Below are positions 28,816 to 38,528 of a DNA stretch of 64,000 nt, piece by piece. The position numbers and the translations under genes were made by a program. The stretch lies in contig OY759746.1 in NCBI GenBank assembly GCA_963662795.1, positions 2,880,001 to 2,944,000 on the forward strand, read 5' to 3'. Every line of letters begins with the position of its first letter. Position 1 is the first letter of the stretch. The DNA comes from Spirochaetia bacterium. Its GTDB lineage: Bacteria; Spirochaetota; Spirochaetia; CADAEX01. The notes beneath the pieces are model-generated. The model was not told where the DNA came from and did no database searches. It was given only the letters and a program-made list of their open reading frames with translations.

Positions 28816-29893
28816 AAATTATTATGAAAGCATTTTTGACCGGATCTATATTTCTGAAGATGTGCTGAACCTTCCTCCTGCTGTTCGGGCGTCTGAAAGG
28901 CTTGAGCTCCCTCTTTATGTCATTGCCACTGAAAAAGAGATATCCCCCGATCATCTTAACAGCAGAACACTTTATATAACAAAAAGGAAAGGGCAGACAG
29001 TCGGCAAATGCCCCGGTACAAGAGGGCATATCTGCTGTAATTATGTTACGATAGATCTTTACAACGGATGCACGCTCGGATGCAGTTACTGCATCATGAA
29101 AAGCTATTTAAACTTTGCACCGGTAACAGTATATGCAGATACAGAACCGGCGGTTGAAGAGCTTAAAAGAATTGCCCGTCTTAACAGGGACAGGATTGTA
29201 AGGGCGGGAACAGGCGAGACCGGGGACTCCCTTCAGTTTGATCCTCTTTTTGAAATGACAGAGGATTTTATCAGAGGGCTCTCCGGCATTGATAATATCT
29301 ATTTTGAAGCAAAGACAAAAACCTGCTTTGTCGATCATCTGCTTGATATTGAAAACAAGGGAAACGCTGTAATAAGTTTTTCTCTGAATCCCGAATCTGT
29401 TGTCGAGGCGGAAGAAACCGAAGCCTTTTCACTTGATGAGAGGCTTGATGCGGCATTAAAAGCTGTGTCTGCAGGATATAACCTTGCTTTTCATTTCGAT
29501 CCTGTTATCTGCGGAGAGGGATGGGAAGAGGAGTATCTTGAAACTGCAGATAAACTTTCACAGTTTCCCAAAGGGAAAATCAAATGGATAAGCCTTGGCA
29601 CATTCAGGTATCCCCCTGCGCTTAAAGATAAAATCGGGCAGAGGCCCTATCTTTTTGATGAATATGTTCCCTGCAGGGACGGCAAATACAGATATGTCCA
29701 GAAGCGCAGAAAAGAGGTTTACCGCCTGCTTTATGAAAAACTTACTCAGGTCTCCGGCGGCGCTTCGGTATATATGTGCATGGAAAGCAGCCCTGTCTGG
29801 AAGCATGCGGCAGGAGGTGTCCCTGGTGAGCTTGAAAATGTAAAATGGCTTTTTAAAAAAATCAAGGGTGTTTCGGGAAGGTTTTCTGTTTAA
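28793..29893 (+). CDS. Spore photoproduct lyase-like radical SAM protein
   Basis: CTLGCSYC cluster motif plus GTGETGDS, FEAKTK, SFSLNP, LDERLDAA, AFHFDPVI, DGKYRY and YMCME of SplB-like family; overlaps the upstream gene. Confidence 0.85.
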   Translation: MKFSDYYKNYYESIFDRIYISEDVLNLPPAVRASERLELPLYVIATEKEISPDHLNSRTLYITKRKGQTVGKCPGTRGHICCNYVTIDLYNGCTLGCSYCIMKSYLNFAPVTVYADTEPAVEELKRIARLNRDRIVRAGTGETGDSLQFDPLFEMTEDFIRGLSGIDNIYFEAKTKTCFVDHLLDIENKGNAVISFSLNPESVVEAEETEAFSLDERLDAALKAVSAGYNLAFHFDPVICGEGWEEEYLETADKLSQFPKGKIKWISLGTFRYPPALKDKIGQRPYLFDEYVPCRDGKYRYVQKRRKEVYRLLYEKLTQVSGGASVYMCMESSPVWKHAAGGVPGELENVKWLFKKIKGVSGRFSV

Positions 29894-29989
29894 CTGTTTC
29901 ACTTCCATGCCAACCACAGCATGTAAATACCCATATTAAAAGAATTAAAGTGGTAAAGTGGGACAGTAATAGCGGGATAGAAACAGCTC

Positions 29990-31246
29990 TTAAAATTCAG
30001 GATGAATTTTGTACCAGTCTTTGACAGCGGTATCAAGATCTGTCAATGTTTTTTCGTTTGCCGCTTCCCTGTAGAGCCATTTCTTTATTATTTCGTTCTT
30101 CAGCTGTTCCCATTCGACTGGAAGAGGGGATGGGAAGGAAAGCAAGTTCTGGGGCGGGATATGTCCTACAAGCAGCGGATAGTATTTCGGGAATACCTGC
30201 TCATTGACTGATTTAATTGATGAAAATCCGCTGCAGAGGCCGAAGGACCTGATCCTTTTTGTTTTGCCGGATTCCATTATCCTTTCCTGTGTGTCATGAT
30301 CAAAAAACCACTGGAAAAATATCCCTGCTCCATTTTTATTTGAAGCATGTCTTGGTATTCCCGCGTAGATTATGTCATCGCATACCGGTATTTTATCTTC
30401 ACTCGCAAGCCATCTGAAATTAAGACCGGCCCTTTTTTGCTGTGCGATGGCATAAAAATCCTTAAGATCTGTATATGCAAAAAAGATCCTCTGTTCGGCA
30501 ATCAGGTTCTCCGCTGGTTTGTAAAGATGTTTTTCTTCGAAACGGATATCATTCGCAATTCCGCCGTTTATGGTATTTATGAAATCCCGTGTCTGTTTGA
30601 GCGACTTTTCTATTCCCTCTTTGTTCCATGTTACCTTTTTATTGTCATTTCCCCTGAAATCAGCATTGTTCATCACAGCATTATAATAAAGCATGCTGCT
30701 GTTCCACCTCGGAGAAAAGGCTGAAACACCTTTGTTCCCGTCCTGATTAAATGTTTTGCTGATTTCAATAATATTTTCATTGGTAAGCACAAAGTTGCTG
30801 ATATTGTAGCTTACATCTCCCCTGCGGAACATGAGGGCCGGCAGGTTAAAGGAGACGGGAAGTAATAGCTGTTTTCCGTTTTTCGAACCTTTCTGCAGCA
30901 GCTGTTTGTAGAATGAATCCCTGTCTATCCTGTTTTTTTTGAATAGATGATTTATTCTGCTGAAATTATCTATCATCCGGGATGAATTAAGATATGTCCC
31001 GATAATGATATCAGGATGTTTTTTTGAGTTCAGCAGTTCTCTCGCGGGATTGGGCTTATATATAATTTCAACCTTTATACGGCTGTGTTCCGAGTTGAAA
31101 GATTCGACATAGGAGATAAGTTCAGGATTGTCTGTCCATAAAACTATTTTATGCTGTTCGGGACTTTGATATTTGTATAGAATCAGGGATGATATGACTG
31201 TAAAAGATATAATAAATAAAATAATTATAAACCTGTTGATTTTCAT
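29990..31246 (-). CDS. Extracellular solute-binding protein (ABC family 1-like)
   Basis: N-terminal membrane anchor; VESFNSEHSRIKVEI, HPDIII, LLLPVSFNLPALMF. Confidence 0.7.
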   Translation of the reverse strand: MKINRFIIILFIISFTVISSLILYKYQSPEQHKIVLWTDNPELISYVESFNSEHSRIKVEIIYKPNPARELLNSKKHPDIIIGTYLNSSRMIDNFSRINHLFKKNRIDRDSFYKQLLQKGSKNGKQLLLPVSFNLPALMFRRGDVSYNISNFVLTNENIIEISKTFNQDGNKGVSAFSPRWNSSMLYYNAVMNNADFRGNDNKKVTWNKEGIEKSLKQTRDFINTINGGIANDIRFEEKHLYKPAENLIAEQRIFFAYTDLKDFYAIAQQKRAGLNFRWLASEDKIPVCDDIIYAGIPRHASNKNGAGIFFQWFFDHDTQERIMESGKTKRIRSFGLCSGFSSIKSVNEQVFPKYYPLLVGHIPPQNLLSFPSPLPVEWEQLKNEIIKKWLYREAANEKTLTDLDTAVKDWYKIHPEF

Positions 31247-31276
31247 AGATGAAAATTCTATGTTACCGGGAATATA

Positions 31277-32209
31277 ATGTCAATTGGTATGGATAAAAAA
31301 TCACTTTTCTACAGCTATTCAGAATATCTCTCGGACAAATATTCCGCCAGGGTTTTCCGGGTTTCAGTGGATGGAGGATTTTCATGCCCGAACAGAAAGG
31401 ACAGACAGAGCCCGGGGTGTGTTTTCTGCGATGCCCACGGGGCAAGGGCTACATATATTGACAGAAGCACAGAGATAAAGGAACAGGTAGAAAGAGGTAC
31501 CGCTTTTCTTAAGAAAAGATACAGAGCAGAAATATTTCTGCTTTACCTTCAGGCATTTTCAGGAACATACGGCGATCCGGAATTGCTCAAAACTACATGG
31601 GATTATGCTCTTTCACTTGAAGACTTCAGGGAGCTGATTGTATCGACCAGACCAGACTGTATTGACCCGCTTAAGGCTGATCTGCTTGCCGGATATGTAA
31701 AAAGCGATTTTGATGTCTGGGTGGAGCTCGGTCTTCAAAGCAGTAATGACAGGACACTTGAAAAGATAAACAGGGGTCATACTACCCACGATTTCGAAAA
31801 AGCATTTGAACTTCTCCGCTCAAGAGGGATAAGGATTGCTGTTCACCTGATTTTTGGACTTCCGGATGAAAATTATGAGGATATGATGGAAAGTGTAAAA
31901 TATGTCTCCTCAATGAAGCCTGATGGAATTAAATTTCATAATCTGCATGTCGCATCAGGAACAGAGCTTGAAAACCGGTTTATGGCAGGGGATTTTTCAG
32001 TTCCATGTCTTAAAAGGCATATCAGGTATCTGGCAGGGGCAATAGAGCTTTTACCGCCGGAGACAGTTGTGATGCGCCTTACCTGCGATACTCCCATGTC
32101 AAGGCGGCTTGCTCCCAGACATGATCTGGCGAAGGGGGAAGTAATAAATGCCTTGCGTAAATTACTTGAGGAAAGAGAGACATATCAGGGAAAGTTTTAT
32201 AAAGATTGA
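31277..32209 (+). CDS. YhcC/TIGR01212-family radical SAM protein
   Basis: DGGFSCPNR...GCVFC, STRPDC, WVELGLQS, INRGH, HLIFGLP, GIKFHNLH. Confidence 0.9.
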   Translation: MSIGMDKKSLFYSYSEYLSDKYSARVFRVSVDGGFSCPNRKDRQSPGCVFCDAHGARATYIDRSTEIKEQVERGTAFLKKRYRAEIFLLYLQAFSGTYGDPELLKTTWDYALSLEDFRELIVSTRPDCIDPLKADLLAGYVKSDFDVWVELGLQSSNDRTLEKINRGHTTHDFEKAFELLRSRGIRIAVHLIFGLPDENYEDMMESVKYVSSMKPDGIKFHNLHVASGTELENRFMAGDFSVPCLKRHIRYLAGAIELLPPETVVMRLTCDTPMSRRLAPRHDLAKGEVINALRKLLEERETYQGKFYKD

Positions 32210-32241
32210 CAGGCAGACTTATTTATAATTATTATTAACAA

Positions 32242-33816
32242 ATGGATGAGAAATTTGTTGCTGACAATAATACAGGCCGTTCAGATATTGATGAAATAAA
32301 TGAAAATCGCTCTATCTGGGAAAGAATAGTAAATTTTTTCAGTGATAACAGCCCTGATGCAAAAAAAAGAAAACTTCTTAAAGATATTCAGAAAATACTT
32401 AAAAAACATAAATTCAAGTTTATCAATGTCAGAGTAGAAGAAGCACAGCCTGCGCTGGCCAAATTTTTTTATCAGATATACAGTGTCATTGCTGTCCCGT
32501 CAAGCCTCCTTTCCGGTCAGGAATCATCCCCTGCATTGAAATACCTGTTTATTGATTATGTGCTATCGGAAAAACAAAAAACACTGATCAGCCGGCTTCA
32601 TAAGGATAATATTGAAAAACGCCTCGCAAACGGAGACAGCAGTGAAGTTGAACAGATAAAAAAAGAACTTGCTGTTCTTCTTAAATCCATAAGCGACGAA
32701 CAAAAAGGGGATATTGCCCGTTTTTACAGGCAGTATCTGGTTTTTCTCAAACTCCTTAAATTTGATTATTATTTCTTCCTTAGAAAGTTTGATTCAGGGT
32801 TTGCTGAAATGGATTTCAAGTATAAACCCGCTTTTCAGCCGATAAATTGTGACTATATTGTAGACGATCTGATAGATTTATCATCCATCTTTCCGCTTAT
32901 TCTGCGCTATGATTCCTGGAAAGAAGTATTTGAAGTACTAAAGGTTTTCAAGGGGCAGGATATCCTTTCCCGCGACGACTGGAACAAGCTCCTCAAGATT
33001 ATCGGGAGTGTCAATAATTCCGAGGTTCTTACTTATATTATAAAGCTGATTACCCGGGACCCGTTCTATACTCCATCAGCAGAAGAAAAAGTGGATGATA
33101 TTATCGAGGAATATTTTGGAAAGCTTAAAACCTCAGTAACCATGACTATCCAGAAAGTTGCTACGGAAAAGAAGAATTCACACAAAGAGTCGGTTTTAAA
33201 CCAGATTTTCGGGACAATCGCGATCAGCAGAATGAAAAACTATACTGAAGCCAATAACGGTGTGTTCAGGGCGAAAATGCTTGGCGGATATCTCTATATT
33301 GAAATTATGAATTACATGAAAGCATTCATGCTTGATTATGTAAAAAAGGATTTAATGAGAATTGTCAATTTTCTTGTTGTAAAAGCTGAATGGAAAACAA
33401 ATATTTTCAGCAAGGAAATGTCTGATGCACTTGAGGAATTGATTACTGTTTCAGACAGGATACTGGAGTTTGATCAGTCTCTGTCAGCTGATGAGGATGT
33501 CGGAGCAAAGATGAACACATTTCTGAAACGGATGACATCTGATCCAAGATATAAGGGGGAGGTTAAAAAACTTCTTCACGATATCAACAGCCAGGTCCTT
33601 GTAATGGCCCAGGATACATACCGGAACCTTACAAAAATTGCGCAAAAACTTGCGGAAATACTGCCCGAGTTTGTAGAACCTCCAAAAATGGGGATAATAA
33701 TAAACCCGGCTTTTGTTAAATCGTCTTATGGAAATGATATTGAAGCTGATATAAAAACAATCTACAAACAGATTTACTATTTTTTAAGTCTTATAAAACT
33801 GATGCTAACCAAATAG
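32242..33816 (+). CDS. Spirochaete-conserved helical protein (DUF5312-like)
   Basis: 524 aa, FDYYFFLRKFD motif; TTGACA-N18-TATTAT promoter ends 6 nt before the ATG. Confidence 0.7.
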   Translation: MDEKFVADNNTGRSDIDEINENRSIWERIVNFFSDNSPDAKKRKLLKDIQKILKKHKFKFINVRVEEAQPALAKFFYQIYSVIAVPSSLLSGQESSPALKYLFIDYVLSEKQKTLISRLHKDNIEKRLANGDSSEVEQIKKELAVLLKSISDEQKGDIARFYRQYLVFLKLLKFDYYFFLRKFDSGFAEMDFKYKPAFQPINCDYIVDDLIDLSSIFPLILRYDSWKEVFEVLKVFKGQDILSRDDWNKLLKIIGSVNNSEVLTYIIKLITRDPFYTPSAEEKVDDIIEEYFGKLKTSVTMTIQKVATEKKNSHKESVLNQIFGTIAISRMKNYTEANNGVFRAKMLGGYLYIEIMNYMKAFMLDYVKKDLMRIVNFLVVKAEWKTNIFSKEMSDALEELITVSDRILEFDQSLSADEDVGAKMNTFLKRMTSDPRYKGEVKKLLHDINSQVLVMAQDTYRNLTKIAQKLAEILPEFVEPPKMGIIINPAFVKSSYGNDIEADIKTIYKQIYYFLSLIKLMLTK

Positions 33817-33818
33817 TA

Positions 33819-34385
33819 TTATACTACATGCCTGCCTATAAGGTTTAAAAACTCCTGTCTTGTAGCAAGACTTGTCTGAAAGCTTCCAAGGACTGATGAG
33901 GTTGTCATCAGGGAGTTCTGTTTTTCAACCCCCCGCATCATCATGCAGAGATGACGGCATTCCATTACAACTCCTACTCCGTCTGCATTTACACAGTTCC
34001 TTATTTCTTTTGCTATCTGCGCAGTAAGCCTTTCCTGTATCTGCAGCCGTCTCGCATAGGTTTCCACAATCCTTGCTATTTTACTGACCCCGATTACCTG
34101 TTTATCAGCAATATAGCCGATATGGCATTTGCCGTAAAAAGGGAGCATGTGATGCTCACAGAGGCTGTAAACCTCAATATCCCGCAGTATTATCATATTG
34201 TTTGCTTCTGAAGAAAATACTGCGCCGTTCACAACATCATCGATATTTTCATGGTAGCCCTTTGTAAGGAATGCGATTGCATCAGTAAAGCGCTCCGGTG
34301 TTTTTAAAAGACCTTCGCGGTCAGGATCCTCTCCTATTTCAATAAGCAGCTGATGTATCAGTTCTTTGACTCGTTCTTTGTCCAT
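33819..34385 (-). CDS. folE: GTP cyclohydrolase I
   Basis: IGEDPDREGLLKTPER, SLCEHHMLPF, ARRLQIQERLT, HLCMMMRGV. Confidence 0.98.
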   Translation of the reverse strand: MDKERVKELIHQLLIEIGEDPDREGLLKTPERFTDAIAFLTKGYHENIDDVVNGAVFSSEANNMIILRDIEVYSLCEHHMLPFYGKCHIGYIADKQVIGVSKIARIVETYARRLQIQERLTAQIAKEIRNCVNADGVGVVMECRHLCMMMRGVEKQNSLMTTSSVLGSFQTSLATRQEFLNLIGRHVV

Positions 34386-34487
34386 GGATGCAATAATAAC
34401 AGCAATAATTTATTATTAGAAGTACTTTTTTGATACTTGATTGACCCTGCTTGATTCAGGACGGTTAAAACCTTAAAACCCAAGGGC

Positions 34488-35414
34488 TTAATTGTTTTTT
34501 GATTCAAATGCTTTTATGAAAAGCAGAAGTATCCTGTTGACTGAAATGCAGGAGGACAGGTCCTTTTCCAGTATTTTATCTATATATCCGTTTATATCTT
34601 CTATTTCTGTTTTTCTTCCGGAAAGAATATCCTGCAGCATGGAAGATTTATTTGCAGCAGTATTTTCTGCGACACTCAGAACCGACCGGTAGACAGCTTC
34701 TTCTTCAAGCCTGATATTCCTTAAAGCTGCGGCTGTGCAGACCTCTTTTACTGTCATTCGGATAATATTCTTCAGGTGAGAATTTTCAGCTGTAAATCCG
34801 TTACTGCATCCTGTGATAGCGGTTAGAGGATTAATCGCGGCATTTACCGCAAGTTTTTTCCAGATAAGCTTATCCGGATTATCTGTATAAGCAGCTTTTA
34901 AACCTGCCGTGCTAAGGGCTTTAATAAGCGGCATCAGCTTTTCTTTCTGCCCGGTACTGCCCGTCATCCCGATTTTCGTCTTCCCTTTTCCTCCGTGGAC
35001 TATACGGGAAGGCTCAAGGAAAAACGCTCCTTCCGTAGTTGTCCCGGAAGCAGTCCTTTCCCTGCCGAAAAAGCGTGAAATAGCCTCTGCATTGCCGGAT
35101 CCGTTTTGAAAAGTAACAGCAATGGAATTTTTACCGGCAAAACCTGAAACAGTTTCCGCCGCTTCCAGTGTGGAGTAGGATTTTACACAGAAGAGGTAAA
35201 AATCAGCACCCCTTAAGTCAGAAGAAAGAACTCCAGCCGGGTGAGAATGCAGTATTACGGCCCCTGAAGGAGAAAGAACTGTTATCCCGTTATCCCTTAT
35301 TGCTTCTGCCCGCGGCCTGTCTTTATCTGTAATCAGGACATTATAACCTGCCTTTGCAAGGTATGCCGCAAAAAGCGACCCCGCAGCGCCGGCTCCTATA
35401 ATTGCTATAGTCAT
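34488..35414 (-). CDS. panE: Ketopantoate reductase
   Basis: IIGAGAAGS, CVKSY, FQNG, WKKLAVNAAINPLTA, NKSSMLQD...KTEIEDING. Confidence 0.95.
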   Translation of the reverse strand: MTIAIIGAGAAGSLFAAYLAKAGYNVLITDKDRPRAEAIRDNGITVLSPSGAVILHSHPAGVLSSDLRGADFYLFCVKSYSTLEAAETVSGFAGKNSIAVTFQNGSGNAEAISRFFGRERTASGTTTEGAFFLEPSRIVHGGKGKTKIGMTGSTGQKEKLMPLIKALSTAGLKAAYTDNPDKLIWKKLAVNAAINPLTAITGCSNGFTAENSHLKNIIRMTVKEVCTAAALRNIRLEEEAVYRSVLSVAENTAANKSSMLQDILSGRKTEIEDINGYIDKILEKDLSSCISVNRILLLFIKAFESKNN

Positions 35415-35495
35415 ATAACATACTATAGCAGATATGATTTTACTGGAAAACTATCTGTTGAATAAATGAATGATTTATTGGATAATCTGTTTTGT

Positions 35496-36449
35496 ATGAA
35501 ACGGGTAACTGCATTTTCTCCCGGGCATGTAACCGGGCTTTTTTATATGAGAGACCTTGAAGATGACCCTCTTTACTGCGGGTCTCTCGGCGCCGGATTT
35601 TCCATTGTCAAGGGAGCACAGACAGCCGTGAGCCTCTTCAGCCGGAAACAAAAAGTAAATGATATATCAATAAACAGCATAAAAAGTTCTGATACCCCGG
35701 TAAGCGTTAAAATACTGGAGCTCTTTTTTAATAAAACCGGTATTGCCGGCGAAGGACTCAAGGTAGAGCATAAAATAGAAACTCCCCAGGGAGCAGGATT
35801 CGGTTCAAGCGGAGCAGGCGCTCTCAGCCTTGTGTTTGCCCTGAACAGACTTTACGGTGACCCTTTAAGCGGCCTGCAGGCTTCGCAGATAGCCCATTCT
35901 GCTGAAGTGCTGTGTAAAACCGGCCTCGGCACTGTAATGGGTGAGACACTCGGCGGGGTAAAAATACTTGTCAAACCCGGAGCCCCCGGGATTGGCGCGA
36001 CAGTTTCAATTCCATATCCTGAAGGACTTTATGCGATGTTTGTCGTATACGGTCCTCTTTCAACCCGGGATGCGCTTTCCGACCCTGATATAAGAAGGAA
36101 AATCACCGGGGGAGGGAAGAAATATCACTCGCTGATTAAAAAAACTCCTGATTTTGCCAGTTTTTTAAAATACTCAAGGGAATTTGCCGAGAGCACGGGA
36201 ATAATTCCTGTCAGCGTCAGAAAGATAATGGATAAACTCGATAAAAACAAAATCAACTGCAGTATGCTGATGTTCGGAGAAGGCACTTTTTCCATTTTTT
36301 CAAAAAGCGATTTACCGGTTATAAAAAAAATTGCCGAGGGAATAATCGAAGAACTTAAGATTGAAAGCCCTGCGAATTTTATAAAAAAACCGTATCTTTT
36401 TTTCTCAAATATTGCAAAGGGAGGAGTAAGCATTGTCAGCGAGGATTAA
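35496..36449 (+). CDS. pok: Pantoate kinase (archaeal type, GHMP kinase fold)
   Basis: AFSPGHVTGLF, GSLGAG, PQGAGFGSSGAGAL GHMP ATP loop, AHSAEV...TGLG, KPGAPGIG, SMLMFGE; directly upstream of PPS. ORF extends to 35466. Confidence 0.88.
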   Translation: MKRVTAFSPGHVTGLFYMRDLEDDPLYCGSLGAGFSIVKGAQTAVSLFSRKQKVNDISINSIKSSDTPVSVKILELFFNKTGIAGEGLKVEHKIETPQGAGFGSSGAGALSLVFALNRLYGDPLSGLQASQIAHSAEVLCKTGLGTVMGETLGGVKILVKPGAPGIGATVSIPYPEGLYAMFVVYGPLSTRDALSDPDIRRKITGGGKKYHSLIKKTPDFASFLKYSREFAESTGIIPVSVRKIMDKLDKNKINCSMLMFGEGTFSIFSKSDLPVIKKIAEGIIEELKIESPANFIKKPYLFFSNIAKGGVSIVSED

Positions 36450-37221
36450 TATTCCTGAAAACCATCCAAGGTATAAAGCAATGATGATAAGGGAAAGCCT
36501 TATAAGGGGCTGTGAGGAAAAGATTGTCGCGCCTGCAGGGCTTATTGCCCAGGGAAGGGGGGAGGCGTTTGACTACCTTTTGGGAGAACAGACTGCGGAT
36601 TTTGCTATCCAGGCTATAAACGCCGCGGCAGCCGCGTTTCTTCTGGCAGAGCATCCGGTAATTTCTGTTAACGGAAATACCGCTGTACTTGTCCCTGAAG
36701 AGTTTGTAAGGCTTTCCCGGGTGTCTGGCGCTCCGCTTGAGATAAATCTTTTTTACCGGCAGCCGGGGCGGGAAGAGGCAATCCTTAAAGTACTCCGCAG
36801 GGCAGGAGCGGAAAAGGTTCTGGGCGTAAGCGGAAAAAGTGAGATTATTAAAGAACTTACAAGCGACAGGAGGATAGTTGACCCTGAAGGGATATTCAAG
36901 GCGGATATGGTTTTTGTCCCTCTTGAAGACGGGGACAGGACAGAGGCTCTTGTCGCTCTCGGTAAAAGAGTTGTTACTGTTGACTTAAATCCCCTGTCAA
37001 GGACGCCTAACAGGGCACATGTTTCAATAATTGACAATATAACAAGAGCAGTTCCCCTTTTGTGCGAATATATTATAAAATACAAGGGTAAAAGCAGGGA
37101 TGAACTTGAAAACATTTACAGTTCCTTCAATAACATTGAGATGCTGAAAAAATCCCTTCTTTTTATTTCGGAAAGGCTGATTATGCTTTCCGGGGAGATG
37201 AAAACAGGAAATGGGAAATAA
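36433..37221 (+). CDS. pps: 4-phosphopantoate--beta-alanine ligase (phosphopantothenate synthetase, archaeal COG1701 type)
   Basis: IPENHPRY, GLIAQGRGEAFDYLLGE, PVISVNGN, EINLFYR, VPLEDGDRTEAL, VDLNPLSRT, IIDNITRA. Confidence 0.95.
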   Translation: MSARINIPENHPRYKAMMIRESLIRGCEEKIVAPAGLIAQGRGEAFDYLLGEQTADFAIQAINAAAAAFLLAEHPVISVNGNTAVLVPEEFVRLSRVSGAPLEINLFYRQPGREEAILKVLRRAGAEKVLGVSGKSEIIKELTSDRRIVDPEGIFKADMVFVPLEDGDRTEALVALGKRVVTVDLNPLSRTPNRAHVSIIDNITRAVPLLCEYIIKYKGKSRDELENIYSSFNNIEMLKKSLLFISERLIMLSGEMKTGNGK

Positions 37222-38485
37222 AAGACATCCTTCTTTTGATATAACAGGTTCGATTTCAGGCCGCCTTGCAGGTAAAAAGATTATACTCTGCGTTACAGGA
37301 AGTGTGGCGGCGGTAAGATCGCCTGACCTTGCAAGGCTTTTTATGAGGCACGGCGCAGACGTTTATCCCGTAATGAGCTCATCGGCATGCGGCATAATCC
37401 ACCCGGACCTGATGCACTGGGCTGCGGGAAGAAAACCGGTTACTGAGCTTACGGGAAGTATAGAGCATGTAGAGCTTGCCGGAAACACCGGTACAAGGGC
37501 AGACCTCCTCGTTGTCGCGCCGTGCACGGCAAACACAATCGGAAAGATGGCCGGCGGAATAGACGACACTCCGGTAACTACTTTTGCAACAACAGCCATA
37601 GGGGAAGGGATTCCCCTTATTGTGGTGCCGGCAATGCATGAGCCGATGTACCATCATCCCTTTGTTGAAGAGAACATTAAAAAGCTTGTTTCCGCGGGAA
37701 TCCGTGTTATGCAGCCCCGCCTTGAGGAGGGAAAGGCTAAAATTCCGGAGAACGAAGAGATACTTGGTGAAGTCCTGAAACTTCTTGCCCCGTCCGTGCA
37801 GATTCTCAGCGGGAAAAAAGTCCTTGTTACGGCAGGAAGGACTGTCGAATATATAGATCCTGTACGGGTAATCAGCAATAACTCAACCGGAAAGATGGGG
37901 GTTGCGCTTGCAGAGAAAGCTTGTGAAGCCGGAGCTGATGTTACGCTTATTGCAGGCAAAATTACTGTAAAGCCCGCATCCGGGATCAGGGTAATCCATG
38001 CTGAAACCGCACTTGAGATGGCAGGGGCTGTCGGGAAAGAACTTGACAGCGGAAGATATGATATCTTTGCCGCTGCCGCGGCTGTAGGAGACTGGCAGCC
38101 TGATGAAAAATCAGCGGTAAAGATATCCACTCATGACAATGATTCGCTTGTATTAAAGCTTAAACCTACCCCCAAAATTATTGACAGGATAAAGAAAAAA
38201 TATCCGTCAGTTTTTCTTCTTGCGTTCCGTGCGCTTTATGCCCTGAAGGAATCAGACCTGCTTGATAACGCAAGATGGAGAATGGAAAAAGCCGGTGCGG
38301 ACATGATTGCTGTAAATGATGTTTCCAAAAAAGGAGCGGGGTTTGAATCTGAAACAAATGAAATGTATATTATTACAAAAGAGGGAATACTCGAGAAGAT
38401 CCCCATGGCTTCAAAACATGAGGTAGCAGCGGATATAGTAAGGATAATAGCGCGGGAGATATCGGCTGGAAAACCTGTAGCGTAA
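37211..38485 (+). CDS. coaBC: Bifunctional phosphopantothenoylcysteine decarboxylase/ligase
   Basis: VTGSVAA, VVAPCTANTIGK, VPAMH, VLVTAG...IDPVRVISNNSTGKMG, AAAVGDW; archaeal-style HPSFDITGS N-terminus. Confidence 0.95.
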   Translation: MGNKRHPSFDITGSISGRLAGKKIILCVTGSVAAVRSPDLARLFMRHGADVYPVMSSSACGIIHPDLMHWAAGRKPVTELTGSIEHVELAGNTGTRADLLVVAPCTANTIGKMAGGIDDTPVTTFATTAIGEGIPLIVVPAMHEPMYHHPFVEENIKKLVSAGIRVMQPRLEEGKAKIPENEEILGEVLKLLAPSVQILSGKKVLVTAGRTVEYIDPVRVISNNSTGKMGVALAEKACEAGADVTLIAGKITVKPASGIRVIHAETALEMAGAVGKELDSGRYDIFAAAAAVGDWQPDEKSAVKISTHDNDSLVLKLKPTPKIIDRIKKKYPSVFLLAFRALYALKESDLLDNARWRMEKAGADMIAVNDVSKKGAGFESETNEMYIITKEGILEKIPMASKHEVAADIVRIIAREISAGKPVA

Positions 38486-38528
38486 AAATACGGCTGCTAA
38501 AAAATTTGATCCAAGGAATATAAAAGAT

